A stretch of DNA of 64,000 nucleotides from Felis catus (GCF_018350175.1 NC_058368.1:92878001-92942000); one strand, 5' to 3'; counted from the stretch's first letter, positions 36,930 through 49,954 are shown. The notes: a model not told the origin generated them from the sequence alone. Translations and numbers: made by a program.

Positions 36930-37610
36930 TTGAATAAAAAATGTAATTTTTCCTTGTTTTTTTTGTCATAAGTTTTATAATGCTTATTGTAAACAGTACT
37001 TACCTGTACAGATTGGGAAAAGACAATACCTTCCCCTAAGTAATAGCTTCCTTCCATCTACTGTTCTACCACCAACAGTTCACAATGTTAAATTTTTGCT
37101 ATAACTACAATTATATACATATACGTATATACATGTTTATGTACAAATCCACATAATTTGTATCGGTGGTTTTTAAAGGAATCACACTCAATGTTCTGTT
37201 CCATGAATTCATGAGTTTTTTCACTTGGTAAATGTTTTCCATGGCAATATGAGGTAATACGTCATTGTCTTCATAAGGTTTTGCACATTTTTTCCTGTAG
37301 TTTATTCATATATATTTTAAAATTTTATTGCTGCTGTATAGGAAATCTGTTAATAATTTTTGTGTGTGTGTTATATCCAGTTCCCTTCCTGGATTTTCCT
37401 ATTTGTTTTCTTAGTTTTGTTCAATTTATTCTCTGGATTTTTTAGGTAGATATCATATTAAGTGTAAAAATTATAATGATGTCTCATCCTTTCTGGTATT
37501 TGTAGTTTGCATTTTTTTCTTACTACATTAACCAAAATCTCCATTACAGTGTTGAAAATTATAAATGCTATCTTCCTTATTATGTTCTTGACTTTAATAG
37601 GAATGCTCCA
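36930..37610 (-). mobile_element. Old L1M fragments
   Basis: T-rich reverse L1 text, e.g. TCTCTGGATTTTTTAGGTAGA, TTCTTGACTTTAATAGGAATGCT. Confidence 0.6.
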
Positions 37611-38044
37611 TTCATTCAAGTGCTAAGTTTGTGTGCTAAAACCTTGGAGTCATATTTGATTTATCTCTTTCTTTCATAATTCACCTTCAGTCTATCTCCA
37701 AAACCAACTGGAAATACACTCAAAATACATACTGACTTCTGGTTACTTTGTGGTATCTCTACTACCATTCCTTAGATAAAGCCACCACATTTTCTTGCCT
37801 GGCATTGCCGTGCCCTGAAGAGCCCTGGTAAGGGCTCTGTCTGCATCTACCCTTTCTTCCTTACAATATATTGTCCTTCAACAGAGTGATCCTTTTGAAA
37901 TGTAAAGCATATCTTATCATTCTTGTGGTTCAGACTTTCCAGGGGTAGTAATGACATTTAGAATCAAATCCAAAGTCTTCAAGGTTCTGCACCATCCGAC
38001 CTCTGACCACCTCTCCAGCCTTATTTCCTGAAATTCTGTCTTCA

Positions 38045-38172
38045 TTTTGTTTTTAAATAGCTTCACACTTAGTGTGAAGCCCAGTGTAGGGCTTGAATTC
38101 TCAACCCTGAGATCAAGACCTGAGCTGAGATCAGAGTTGGATGCTTAACCAACTGAGCCACCCAGGAGTCCC
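38045..38172 (-). mobile_element. Short CanSINE variant
   Basis: ACCCTGAGATCAAGACCTGAGCTGAGATC..GAGCCACCCAGG. Confidence 0.85.
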
Positions 38173-38175
38173 TCT

Positions 38176-38305
38176 GTCATCGTCGTCGTCGTCGTCATCG
38201 TCGTCCTCCTCCTCCTCCTCCCCCTGCCCTCCTCCTCCTTCTCCTCCTCCTCCCCCCCGCCCTCCTCCTCCTCCTCATCCTCCTTCTTCTTTTTTAATGT
38301 TTATT

Positions 38306-38359
<54 letters not shown>
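38176..38359. repeat. (TCG)n-(TCC)n triplet tract followed by SINE tail remnant and (GA)n
   Basis: Directly visible. Confidence 0.93.
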
Positions 38360-38362
<3 letters not shown>

Positions 38363-38689
38363 AGTGCTCATATACCTCCTTAGAGAAGTACTTTCTAACC
38401 ATCTTGTCTATAGTAGCACCCCATTCATTGCTTTTTGTCCTTTTACTAAGGTTTTAATCATCTTCCTGATAATCAAAATTACTTGACACTAAAAGAAAAT
38501 ACTAGATGTTATATATTTATTATTGTCTCTACTATCAGGATATAAGCTCTTCAAGAGTCTTTATTTTGCTTGTTGCTTTATCCTCCATAATTATGACAGT
38601 ACCCAGGACGTGCCAGGTACTCAATATGTACTATTTTAGGATGAATAAATTAATGGCTACAATACTTGCTGAATGCCCCTCACAGAAAG

Positions 38690-40050
38690 TCACACTTACA
38701 TTGGCGTTATGAAGACTCTGAATTCAAATATCAGTTCTTTTCAAATACTGTTTCTGGCTCTTGTCTTTCTTGTTCTTCCGGAGCTCAAAGTAATGTATAT
38801 TAGACTGTATTATTCAACGTGTCCTATCCTGTCCAGTGTCCCATATTTTTCTGTCTCCACACTTCCTTCCAGCTGGTTTCTTCTGATGTATCTTCTAGCT
38901 TATTAATTTTCTCCTTGGTGGTGTTGAACCTATCTATTGAGTTCTTAATTTCATGACTGTATTTTCCGGTTCTATAACTTATAGTTAATTTTCAGATCTT
39001 TAGTATCAAATTTTATTTTTTCCTATGCCTTATCATAATACTTAAATTCAGCTTATCTCTCATTGATCACAGCAACTATAACTGCATTACTTTCTACATC
39101 TGAGAATGCATACATATGGGTTTTATTTCACTGGTCTATGGTTTGTAATGATTTTGACTTTTGTTGTCATACAGCCTGTTATTGTTAGCTGAAAATTTTA
39201 TTTGAAAAATTATTTTTGAGATAAACTGTGGTATTTAGAGTATATCTTCTACCAGAGGGGAGTTTTGTTTTTTCATGACAGGTACCTAAGATGAAAGCAG
39301 TGTGGGATCAAAGGTTGAGGGTTTTCTGAACTACCTCATTGACCTGCCAAAGTACCGTAACTTAAGAGTGCAACCCTTATGTCTCTATCACAAGTAGAGT
39401 GTGAGTTACTTCAGGTTTCTGCATTTGGTGGGCAATAAATTCAGACTTGACTTTCCAGCTCCTGAAATTTCCATGAAAGATCTGCTTGCCTTTAAGCCCT
39501 TTCCCCAGGAATAGACAAATTGCTGTAAAAGTGACATGTAGGGAAGAGCGAATATTATTCAGGGTATCGACTCCTGGTGTTATTAGCACTTCCCTCCTTT
39601 TCAATTTAAAAAACTCATGCTCAGGACACCTGGGTGGCTCGGTCGGTTAAGTGTCCAACTTTGGCTCAAGTCACAGTCTCATGGTTCAGGAGTTCGAGCC
39701 CCGCGTTGGGCTCTGTGCTGACAGTCCAGAGCCTAGAGCCTCCTTGAGATTCTGTGTCTCCCTCTCTCTGCCTCTCCCCACTTGTGCTCTGTCTCTCTCT
39801 CTCTCAGAAGTGAATAAATGTTAATTTTTTTTTTAAAGAATTCATGCTCTTGGGTGCATCACCTACCTGGGCAAATACCCATGAAAAGAAGGGCTGTAGT
39901 GCATCTCCTTTTGCTTTATCCTCTCAGCAAGAAAATTTCCTGATATGTTGGGTCTTTGATATTAAGATCTTCTCCGGCTCTTTACCAGCCATTTTAGTGG
40001 TCCTAGTGCACTTTACCTAGTGCAAGTTACCTAGTCTGCCATTACCAAAA
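38690..40050 (-). mobile_element. Old L1M 5'/ORF1-side fragments
   Basis: CTATTGAGTTCTTAATTTCA..TGTATTTTCCGGTTCTA, typical reverse L1M text; heavily diverged. Confidence 0.5.
39624..39837 (+). mobile_element. CanSINE
   Basis: TSD-like TCATGCTC. Confidence 0.94.
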
Positions 40051-40070
40051 GTGGAAGCCTATGTGTATGC

Positions 40071-40072
<2 letters not shown>

Positions 40073-40112
<40 letters not shown>
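40073..40112. repeat. (TG)n microsatellite
   Basis: Directly visible. Confidence 0.98.
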
Positions 40113-40116
<4 letters not shown>

Positions 40117-40569
40117 ATTAGACTTCTTTTAATAACTCATTTCCAGCACCTGTTCTATTTCAGTACAGGCTGTGATTTTTCTGGTTATGCAGATTTGCTA
40201 TCCTTTTAAATTGTGAGTTTTCATCATAGGTGTGATGGTTTTTTGTTGGCCACTCACTGAAAAGTGATCTAGCTAGTTGAGTATTGGTCACTGATGAGGT
40301 CTCCATTTGCTGTCCTGTTGGCCTTCATCCCAGTATGGTTTGAAATCTTCCTGGGTGTATTGGATGAAAATAGACAGGTATGTCCCAGCATGAGTGTATT
40401 CACTTCAAGAATTTATGGATGAACTTCACTCCCAAGCTCTGGACAGTTATACCCGCAGTGGGCAAAAGCATGGACATTTCCCATGTTTGGCACTAATTGG
40501 CAGTACAAGAGATGAGTTGGTGTTCCCCTGTATATACCTTTCATGTCTATGGTTTCCACAGGCTTCGAA

Positions 40570-40820
40570 GACTGTTAAAAAAGAGTGTGGGCTCTGAAGC
40601 CACATATCTGAATTCAGATCTCTGTTCCGTACTTAGTAATTATGTAATCTGAGCCAAGTAATTTATTCTCTCTGTATTTCAAATTCCTAATGTCTTCAGT
40701 GGGGATAATAATAATACCTACCTAATTGAGTAATTATGAGGAGTAAGTGAATTAATATATATAAAACAACTAGAACAGTACATGGCATTTATGGTAATAA
40801 ATGCTCAATAAATGTTATTA
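40570..40820 (+). mobile_element. MIR
   Basis: GGGCTCTGAAGCCA..GGGGATAATAATAATACCTACC..TAGAACAGT..GCTCAATAAATG. Confidence 0.85.
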
Positions 40821-41257
40821 TTTTGTCCATATGTAAGCTTTTAACACATATATCTAAGCTCCTTTATCAATGTCAAAACCCAAGAACAAAATTTTCTCAC
40901 TTCCTCAGGGTGTTAGAGTAAACTGAGCGCCATGATTCTAGATCTTTCTACATACCATGAAAAAAAGTATTAGTATTTATTCTTTTCGTGTCAAATTACT
41001 ATACTCTAAAATATTCTCTTCAAATTTCTTTATTGACTTTTGTTAATAAAGTTACATTCAATCAATTAGACAACTAATTCGCACTTGGAAATTTTTTATT
41101 CAGTGGAAGTGATCTCATTTTGGCATCTTAAAGGGCTATTGTTTGTATTAAGTAGGGTTATTCTCATCCTCTGATTTTGAGAACGTTGAAGCCTGGGGAA
41201 ATTTTAAATAACCAATTCACTTATAAGTAAATTTAAAAAGTTAAAAGTTCTAGTTGA

Positions 41258-41376
41258 GGGGCACCTAGCTAGCTCAATTGGTAGACCATGTGACTCTTGA
41301 TCTCAGGATTGTGTTTGGGCCCTATGCTGGGTATAGAGATTACTAAAAAGTAAAATAAACTTAAAAAAAAAAAAAA
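41258..41376 (+). mobile_element. Short CanSINE variant (no CT tract)
   Basis: GGGGCACCTAGCTAGCTCAATTGGTAGA..CTCTTGATCTCAGG..AGAGATTACTAAAAA and A tail. Confidence 0.85.
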
Positions 41377-41382
41377 GATGTA

Positions 41383-41621
41383 TGGGAATGCAATCTGGTG
41401 CAGCCACTCTGGAAAACAGTATGGAGTTCCCTCAAAAAAATAAAAATAGAACTACCCTATGACCCAGCAACTGCACTACTAGGCATTTATCTATGGGATA
41501 GAGGTGTGCTGTTTTGAAGGGACACGTGCACCCCCATGTTTATAGCAGCACTATCAACAATAGCCAAAGTATGGAAAGAGCCCAAATGTCCTTTGATGAA
41601 TGAATGGATAAAGAAGATGTG

Positions 41622-41666
<45 letters not shown>

Positions 41667-42048
41667 TACATACATACATACATACATACATACATACAAT
41701 GGAGTATTACTCGGCAATCAAAACGAATGAAATCTTGCCGTTTGCAACTACATGGATGGAAGTGGAGGGTATTATGCTAAGTGAAATTAGTCAGAGAAAG
41801 ACAAAAATCACCTGACTTCACTCATATGAGGACTTTAAGAGACAAAAGAGATGAACATAAGAGAAGGGAAACAAAAATAATATAAAAACAGGGAAGGGGA
41901 CAAAACAAAAGAGACTCATAAATATGGAGAACAAACTGAGGGTTACTGGAGGGGATGTGGGAAGGGGATGGGCTAAATGGTAAGGGGCATTAAGGAATTC
42001 ACTCCTGAAATCATTGTTTCACTATATGCTAACTAATTTGGATGTAAA
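41383..42048 (+). mobile_element. Carnivore L1 3' end (ORF2 C-terminus + 3' UTR) with internal microsatellite
   Basis: ORF track MFIAALSTIAKVWKEPKCP..EWIKKMW and MEYYSAIK.NEILPFATTWME.EGIMLSEISQ match the L1 ORF2 C-terminus; ends AACTAATTTGGATGTAAA. Confidence 0.95.
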
Positions 42049-42052
42049 GATG

Positions 42053-42254
42053 GGGGTGTCTGGGTTGCTCAGTCAGTTAAGCATCTGACTTCAGCTCAGG
42101 TTATAATCTCATGGTTTGTGGGTTCCAGCCTGCATTGGTCTCTGCTGTCAGCACAGAACCCACTTCAGATCCTCTGTCTCCCCACTCTCTACCTCTTCCA
42201 TGTCACTTTCTCTCATTCTCTCTCTCAAAAATGAATAAACATTTTTTAAAAAAA
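42053..42254 (+). mobile_element. CanSINE at the L1 tail
   Basis: Head and tail; AAAGATG on both sides. Confidence 0.92.
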
Positions 42255-42404
42255 GATGTAAATATCTCATCCAGGGTAAAGGTAAAAATATTAAAAAAAC
42301 GTTCTAGTTGAAAAGGTAGACAACATCCATGATTAGATGAGTAATATCAGCAGAGCTAGAAGTTGTAAGGAAGAAATAATCAAATGGAAATGCTAGAAAT
42401 TATG

Positions 42405-42716
42405 GAAAGATGTAATTAAGGATAAAGGAGGTCATAAGTGTATGGTCCCTGATCCAGTGGGATTAGTGTCTTTATGAGAGACCCTGGGAAGCTTGCTCTT
42501 CCCTTATTTCCATGCATATGCACCAAGGAGAGGCCATGTGAGGACATAGTAAGAAGGGCAGCTGTCTACAAGCCAGGAAGAGAGCCCTCCCCAGAACCTG
42601 AAGCAGCCAGCACCTCGATCTGGGACTTCTAGCCTCCAGAACCATGAGGAAACACATTTCTATTGCTTAGCCCATTTTGGCTTTTGCTGTTACAGCAGTC
42701 TGAGCTGTCTCATACA
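42405..42716 (+). mobile_element. MaLR LTR (MLT1A/MST-like), 5' part missing
   Basis: GGCCATGTGAGGACA..CAAGCCAGGAAGAGAGCCCTC..GACTTCTAGCCTCCAGAAC..CAGCAGTCTGAGCTG..ATACA. Confidence 0.88.
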
Positions 42717-42719
42717 GTT

Positions 42720-43720
42720 GGGTAGAACATACAGATAGTTCCAGTTGGTGGAGGATTGGAACAAACCCATGAAGGAAAGAATAACGGTGGTCCAGGAGGG
42801 TATATTCAAGTGTATTAGTATTTCAAGAACATAAAAACAGGACTGTGATAATTAAGGAAGAATATAAAAAATAATGTTAAGTACATGAGCCCATTTCATG
42901 GAGGTTGTCAATTGCTTTACTAAGGAACCTAGAGTTTGTCCTAAAAAGTAGATGAGCATTAAGTAGTGAATTCACTAGTGATGTTTGTGGGGTGTTTTTT
43001 CTTCCATAACTATTTTAAATCAACAATTGCAGATTGTGTGGATGATGAATCTGTTGTGGACATAAATTGGGGGTGAGGAGATGATTAGGGAGCTGTTTTA
43101 GTCTTCCAGGTAATAAAGGGCCAAGTCTGAAACTCCATTACAGATAGAGATGGAAAGGGCTGAAATAGGTCTAAATATTCTTGTGTAGGTGAAACAATAA
43201 CTTGGTGTCCTCCTAGGTGAAATTTAATAGGAAATTGTAAGGGATTCCTTGCAGACAGAGATGGATCCTGATCTGTGGTGGCCTAAAACATAAACAGTTT
43301 GGGAGACCCCAAATAATTCAAATTTATACAAATTTGCTAGGCCTCACCCAATTGAGCTTTGTGATTAATCCGCCTGTCACAATGGATTTTATATTTGAAT
43401 CTCAGGGTAGATCATGTGCCACTCACACAGGTGGAATTCATAGGGACAAGATAGTGGGTTCAGCTTTGGACATCCCCATGTAGACAGCAGAGAAGTAGTT
43501 ACAGATGTTTGCAAGGGTCCTTAGCAGACCAGTCTTAAGTTTGTGAAATCTGACTTTCAAGCATATATATATTAATTTAGGAGTCCTCAGAGAATCAATT
43601 AGAAGTTGAAACTAAGAAAAATAATTAGATCATCCATAGGAGGTATGAAGACTGATAAAGGAGGAAAAGGAGAGCATGAAATTCTGAGGAAGACTAACAT
43701 TTTTAGGGCAGGTAGAGATT
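42720..43720 (-). mobile_element. Highly diverged L2 remnants
   Basis: GGGTTCAGCTTTGGACAT, ATTTAGGAGTC, AACATTTTTAGGGCAGGTAGAG. Confidence 0.45.
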
Positions 43721-44686
43721 CAATGCCAGAATAGTTACCATTTCAGTTCAGTGTTCTAAGTAACAAAAGCCTGAAGGCTTTTGTTAGGAAATCCGGGGGG
43801 TGGGGATGGGGTATTGTTTCAGAGCTTTGAGTTGACCAAGAAATGAGTAGGACAGTTTGACGAGGGAGGGAGTGAAATAAAAGTGATAATGAGTTTCCAG
43901 TGCTTGGGCAAGTCGAGTAGATGAAATTTTCGCTTACTAATATCGGAAGCCAGAAGAACAGACTTCGTGAAAAATGATTACTTTGAAGTGCCTCGAGAAT
44001 ATCATGATAGAAATGATTACACTATATGTTAACTAACTTGGATTTAAATAAAATTAAACAAAAAGAAATGTCGATTAGCAGTTGGCAATACATCCAGTTA
44101 GCCAGTTGGCAATTTCTGATTTGGAGCTAGATATTATCTTTGTCTTTGTACTGACACATCAAGGAAAAAAAAAGAAGTTCCAACATGTTCTGTTGCTTGT
44201 CTCGTGTTGCATGGTAACTGGTGCTCTTACAGATGGTGAGCTCAGGATCATCAGGCATTTAGTGGTATTCTAAGCCTTAAGAGCGGGGACAGTTCCTGGA
44301 AGAATATTCAGAAGCTGTCCACAGACGGAATCCTGGGGAAGACCAAGGGCCAAGAAATTAAGGAATGAAAAGCCAGCCTAAAAGGAGTTACTCTCTGTTC
44401 TTCCTCTTCCCTCACTCCTTGGCAACTACCAGTTTGCTTTGTGTGTCTCTGGATATGTCTATTCTGGATATTTCATACAAGTGATATTATACAGTATGTG
44501 ACCATCTGAGTCTGGTTTCTTAGCGTAATGTTTTCATGGTGTATCCAAGGTGTATCACATTATCAGTACTTCATTACTTTTTATGGCTGAATAATATTCT
44601 ATTCTGTGTATATACCACAGTGTGTTTCTTTATTCATACATGAGTGGACATTTGGGTTGTTTCCACCTTTTAGCTATTACAAATGG

Positions 44687-44724
<38 letters not shown>

Positions 44725-44911
44725 TAAAATACCTGTGTTCAGGTATTTTGGGTATACCTAGGAGAAGGATAGTTCATGTGGTAATTCTACGTTTAACATT
44801 TTGAGCATTCACCAAACTGTTTGCCACATACAGTGAACCACTTTACATCTCTACCAGTAATATATAAGGGTTATAATTTCTTCACATCCTTGCCAACACT
44901 TCTTATATCTG

Positions 44912-45108
44912 TTTATTTTTTATGTCTATTTATTTTTGAGCGAGTGAGCACGAGTGGGGGAGGGGCAGAGAGAGAGGGAGACAGAGAATCCGAAGCGGGC
45001 TCTGCGCTGAAGGCAGTGAGCCCAATGTGGGGCTTGAACTTACTAACCATGAGATCATGACCTGAGCAGAAGTTGGACACTCAACTGAATGAGTCACCCA
45101 GGCTCCCC
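44912..45108 (-). mobile_element. CanSINE in L1
   Basis: Reverse SINE body. Confidence 0.93.
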
Positions 45109-47145
45109 TATTTCTTCTTTTTTTTGATAGCCACTCTTGTGGGTGTAAAGTGGTATCTAATTGTGCTAATTGTGGTTTTGATTTGCATTTCCCTAATGAC
45201 TAACAATGTTGGCATATTTTCATGTGCTTGTTAGCCATTTGTGTTTCTTCTTTCAAAAAATCTCTACTCAAGTCCTTTATTTCTTTAATTCAGCTTTGTC
45301 ATTTTTAATTGAGTTATACATGTTTTTGTATCCTGGAGATTAAACTTTTGTGAGGTAGTGATTTATGAATATTTTTATCCAACCTGTAGGTTGTCTTTTC
45401 ACATTCTTTATAATGTCCTTTGATACACAAAAATTTTAAATTGATGAAATCCAATTTTTCAATTTTTGTTGTTGTTGTTGTTACAGGTGCTTTTGGTATT
45501 ATAACTAGGAATCTGTTGCCAAGCCAAGGTCATGAAGATTTATTCTTATATTTTTCCCTAAGAGTTCTATGGTTTTAGCTCTTTATTTTAGCCATTGATA
45601 CATGTTTAATTTTATATATGGTGTGAGGTAGGGGTCCAGCTTCATTCTTTTGCATGTGGATATACATTTGTCCCAGTGCCATTTGTTGAAAAGACAAATC
45701 TTTCCCTATTAAATAGTTTTAGCGCTCCTGTTAAAAAATCAGTTTGGCATAGAAGCATGGGTTTATTTCTAGACTCTCAATTCTCTTTCATCGGCCTATA
45801 TGTCTATCCTTATGGCAGCCACACTGTTTTGATTACTGTAGATTTGTAGTAAGTTTTGAAACTGGAGGGAGTCCTCCAACTTTGTTCTTATTTTTCAAGA
45901 TTGTTATGACGGACCAGTTTCAAGATTGTTTGGCTTACAATTCCTATATGAATTTAAGAATTAGCTTTTCTATTTTTGGGGAAATGGCTGATGGGATTTT
46001 GGTAGGATTCCTTTAAATCTGTAGATCACTTTGGATGATTCTGCTATCTTAGTATTAGGTTATTCAATCCATAACTATCTTTCCATTGATTTAGATCTTT
46101 TAAAATTTCCTTCCCCAGTATCTTGTAGTTTTTAGTGTATTAGTCTTTCACTTCTTTGGTTAAATTTATTCCTAGGTATTTTATCCTTTAGGGCACTATT
46201 GAAAATATAATTATTTTCTTCATTTCCTTTTTGATTATTCATTGCTAGTACATAAGACATAATTGATGCTGTGATCTTATACTCTGCCACTTACTACACT
46301 GGTTTATTATTCATAAGGGACATTGACCTATAGTTTTCTTATCTCATGGTACCTTTGTCTGACTTTGGTATCAGGCTAATACTAGCCTCATAGAATGAGT
46401 TATCAAGTGGTCCCTCCTGTTCTGTTATTTTGGAATAGTTTGAGAAAGGTATTCTTTTTCATATGTTTGGTAGAAATCACCAGTGAAGACTGGTTACAGA
46501 CTTGTTTTAGCTAGCAGGTTGATTACTATCTCTTGACTTGTTATAGGTGTTTTCACATTTTCTGTTCCTTTCCAGATCAGTTTTAAAAATTTGTGTATTT
46601 CTAGGAATTCCTATTCATCTGTGTTGCCTATTTTGTGTACAATTAGTTACACAATAATAATTCTCTATACTGCTTATAATGCTTTTTATTTGTTATAATG
46701 CTTTTTATTTCTATAAGGTCAGTAGTCATATCTCCATTTTCATTTCTGATTTTAGTTCTGTGCATCTCTCTTCCCTGTTTTGTAGTCGCTGTAGTTAAAA
46801 GTATATCAATTTTGTTGATCTTTTTAAAAAATCAACTTTGGGTTTCATTGATTCTGTTAGTTTGCTGTACTCTAGTTCATTTATCTCCATTCTTAACTTT
46901 ACCATTTCCTTCTTTATGTCAGCCTTGGCTTCAGTTTGCTTTTCTGCATAAAGTTAGGTGATTGATTTGAGATATTTCTCTTTGTATATGTAGGCATGTA
47001 TAGCTATGAATTTCCCTCAGAACGCTGCTTTTGCTATATTGCATAAGTTTTGGTAATATTGCATTTTTGTTTTCGTTTGTTTCTATTTACTAGTTCCCTT
47101 TGTAATTTATTCTTTGACCTACTGATTACTTAAATGTGTGTTGTC

Positions 47146-47330
47146 AGAGCACCTGTGTGTCTCAGTTGGTTGAGTGTCCGACTCTTGATTTTGGTGCAGG
47201 TCACGATCCCAAGGTCATGGGATCAAGCCCCATGTAGGATCCATGCTGAGCATGGAGCCTACTTAAGATTCTCTCTCTTTTCTTCTGCCTCTCTCTCCCT
47301 CTTCCTCACTCATGCCCTCTCTCTCTCAAA
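47146..47330 (+). mobile_element. CanSINE in L1
   Basis: TSD-like GTGTGTTGT. Confidence 0.9.
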
Positions 47331-47524
47331 AGAGTGTGTTGTTTAATTTCTACATATTTGTAAATTTACTAGTTTTCCTTCTGTTAATGTTTTCTAGCTT
47401 CATTTCATTGCTCTTAGGTAAATACTTTGCATGATTACAATCCTTTTAAATTTATTGAAATTTATTTCATGGCCTAACAAATGATCTCTCTGGAGAATAT
47501 CCTTGAGAATAATGTGCCTTCTGC

Positions 47525-47905
47525 TATAACCATGTTTCTGTTCATAAAATAAGGTACATTGGATTATAAAGGAAAGCTCAGAGTACAGGTATTAAAGTCT
47601 CTTCAAATGTGTGTTATGGGAATATGTGGGATTTTAAATTAAAATCCTAAATAAACTGTCAGAATCTCAAAGTAGCAATGTATGTAAACATTTCAATATA
47701 ACTGTATAGCCTACTATGATATAAAAATATCTGTCCCTTCTGTTGGTGACAAAATCATAGGTTTGTAATTGAAGGAAATAATGTTTCCATTAAATGTTAG
47801 TGAAAATAAAGATGCCATTTTTTTTTCTTCCACTCAAGTTCACAGACCCACAGAATTCTATCTAGGCCCTCTGGAGGCCTAAGGACCATAGGTGAAGCCC
47901 TTGTT
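47525..47905. mobile_element. Probable hAT-Charlie-type DNA transposon fragment
   Basis: GTTAGTGAAAATAAAGATG..CAAGTTCACAGACCC..GAATTCTATC..GGACCATAGGT. Confidence 0.5.
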
Positions 47906-49004
47906 TAATGGGGTTGTCTGTCAGTTTGAAAAACACTGCTCTAAGCCATTGAGTGGATGTTGTTTTCTGAGATTAAAAGGAGAGTGGACAAGCTCAAAAA
48001 GCCCATGTTGGGCCCAAACTGGAATTTAAATAATGCAAGTCCATCATAGTGCCATGATGAAAGGAAGAGGCTGAAACTCTGTCTGATGTCACCACTTACG
48101 CTTGGAAAATAGCTCTGGGGACAAACCTTCAGGTATTTAGTAAGACTAGCAAAGAAAGTCTCATTTCTGAAGCTTCATTAGTGATAGTCCAGTACCAAGA
48201 GGTCTCTATAGAAATGGCCCTGGGCAAGAGCAAATTAGTGCTTTTAATTATTATCATTAAAAATGAATATTTACAGAAAGTTGGGCTGAAGGCCATCTGG
48301 CCCAAGCACATTCCTAAGAGACGCCATCAGGCACTGAAAGGGTGGAGGGGGAGCATGGATGGAGCTATTTATAGCTTCCCAAGGCTCTAGTTTATGTCAT
48401 CGACTGGAAAGGGCATTTAAAAGTTAAAGGAAGCATCAAGATACTCAACAGGAAGAATTAGTGCTGCTTTTTTTTTATTTTTCAGAAACATTTTCATCCT
48501 TGAACATCAACCTGTGATGATACTGTTTTTCTTTCTTTTCCTCCCTGTATATAACCTTTGTTATTTCTTTAACTGAAAGATGAGGTCTTGGCAGGTCATT
48601 TGATTTCTGAGCTCTCTGCGAATATTTCCTCCTTAGCTACTCCCTTGGTGTTATATTGATGGAAGAGTTAGTACGGGTGTAGTTGTGCAGTACTTGGTTT
48701 CTTTTTAAGCATAACTAATTCATGATCTCAATGATGCACAATAGCCTAGTAAACACGGGATTAAATTGTAAGATGTTAACTTTAATAGTAAGATCATATC
48801 TTTTGCCTACATTTTAATTATGACAAATATTGACTTATAAAAAAATGAAAAAAAGAATGATGAGATATTATTCTGTACTATTCGTAATAGATCGACAAGA
48901 GTAAGACTTGACGATAGTAAGATTTGGTGAAAGACGACCCTCTCCTCTTTACTTGATTCTCCTACTTTATTATTTTACTACTTTACTACAGGGGAAGTAA
49001 CTTG

Positions 49005-49315
49005 ATATGGCACTTTGGGTGAGAAATTTGCAATGTATCTATCTCAAGAGCCTTAAAACAGTTCTATTAGTCTGCGTAATTCTGCTTCTGAGAATGCATC
49101 CTGTGCATTTATGAGAAGGCATACATGCAGCAAAATTATTTCTGTGCAAATATATTCACCAGAGCATTATTTATGAAATTAAAAACTTAAACCATCTAAA
49201 TATTGCATAAGAGAGTTTGGGTTATAGGGAGGATGTAACATTTGTTTCGTCATTAAAAATAATCTGCGTTAAGCATTTGTAATAACAGGGAAACTGTGTG
49301 CTATCTAACAAGTGA
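49005..49315 (+). mobile_element. L1ME-like 3' fragment
   Basis: CAAGAGCCTTAAAA..TAATTCTGCTTCTGAGAAT..TTCACCAGAGCATTATTTAT. Confidence 0.6.
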
Positions 49316-49319
49316 GGTG

Positions 49320-49550
49320 TGTTAGCACAGTGATAGAAGCATAAGTCCTTGGCTATGCACTTGGGCAAGATGCTTAACCTGTGTCTCAGTTTCTGTGTCT
49401 GATATGTAAAATGGCAATGACAAAGCTGTAAAATGACGTAACACCTTTGTATAATGACCATGAAGATTAGGACCTACTTAGTATGTGTCAGTTGCTTAAA
49501 TAATAGCTGGCAGAGAGTAAGTGTTCCACACATGCCACGTGCTATTATTC
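49320..49550 (+). mobile_element. MIR
   Basis: CTTGGGCAAG..CTTAACCTGTGTCTCAGTTTC..GTAAAATGG. Confidence 0.65.
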
Positions 49551-49954
49551 TCATCATCACTGTAGGCTTGTCCCACTAGACTCAGGGAAAGAAGCCAGTG
49601 GGCCCCAGCAAAGAACACAAGTTCTTTAATGTGCTTAAATGTTCCCACTTACTGCATAGAGATGGCTCTGGTGGACAAGAGGTACAGAAGTATTCCCATT
49701 CATGGGGCTGGGCTTCCCTTGCCATTTGATTTCACAAAGGCCAATGCCCATCAGCTCACCAGCTACAAAGCAGAATAGCAATCCCAGCACTCCCAACTGA
49801 TCACCAGGAGATCAAAAGTTGAATCTGGGTCAGTTTTCCAGGTATATCTTCCACCGCCAGCAGCTCCAGGCTTTAGGGTCATGAAGCTTATTCCTGCAAT
49901 TACAGATTAAGTGAATAACCCGGGATGAAAAATTATGATAGAAAATATCATCAA

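Larger units (their letters stand above)
37630..38650 (+). mobile_element. L2 3' region interrupted by SINE pieces and triplet repeats
   Basis: AAAACCTTGGAGTCAT..AAGCCACCA..CAGAGTGATCCTTTT..AGGTACTCAATA..ATGAATAAAT. Confidence 0.8.
44395..47525 (-). mobile_element. L1M (L1MA/MB-like) ~3 kb 3' portion with internal deletion, interrupted by two SINEs and (CA)n
   Basis: GGACATTTGGGTTGTTTCCAC, GTGGTTTTGATTTGCATTTCCCTAATGACT, CCATTTGTTGAAAAGAC, CTTTGGTATCAGG..GCCTCATAGAATGAGTT. Confidence 0.92.

Noticed and set aside
38141..38383. Ser/Pro-rich ORF resembling a low-complexity protein
   Set aside because: Composed of a SINE end, the triplet tract and (GA)n.
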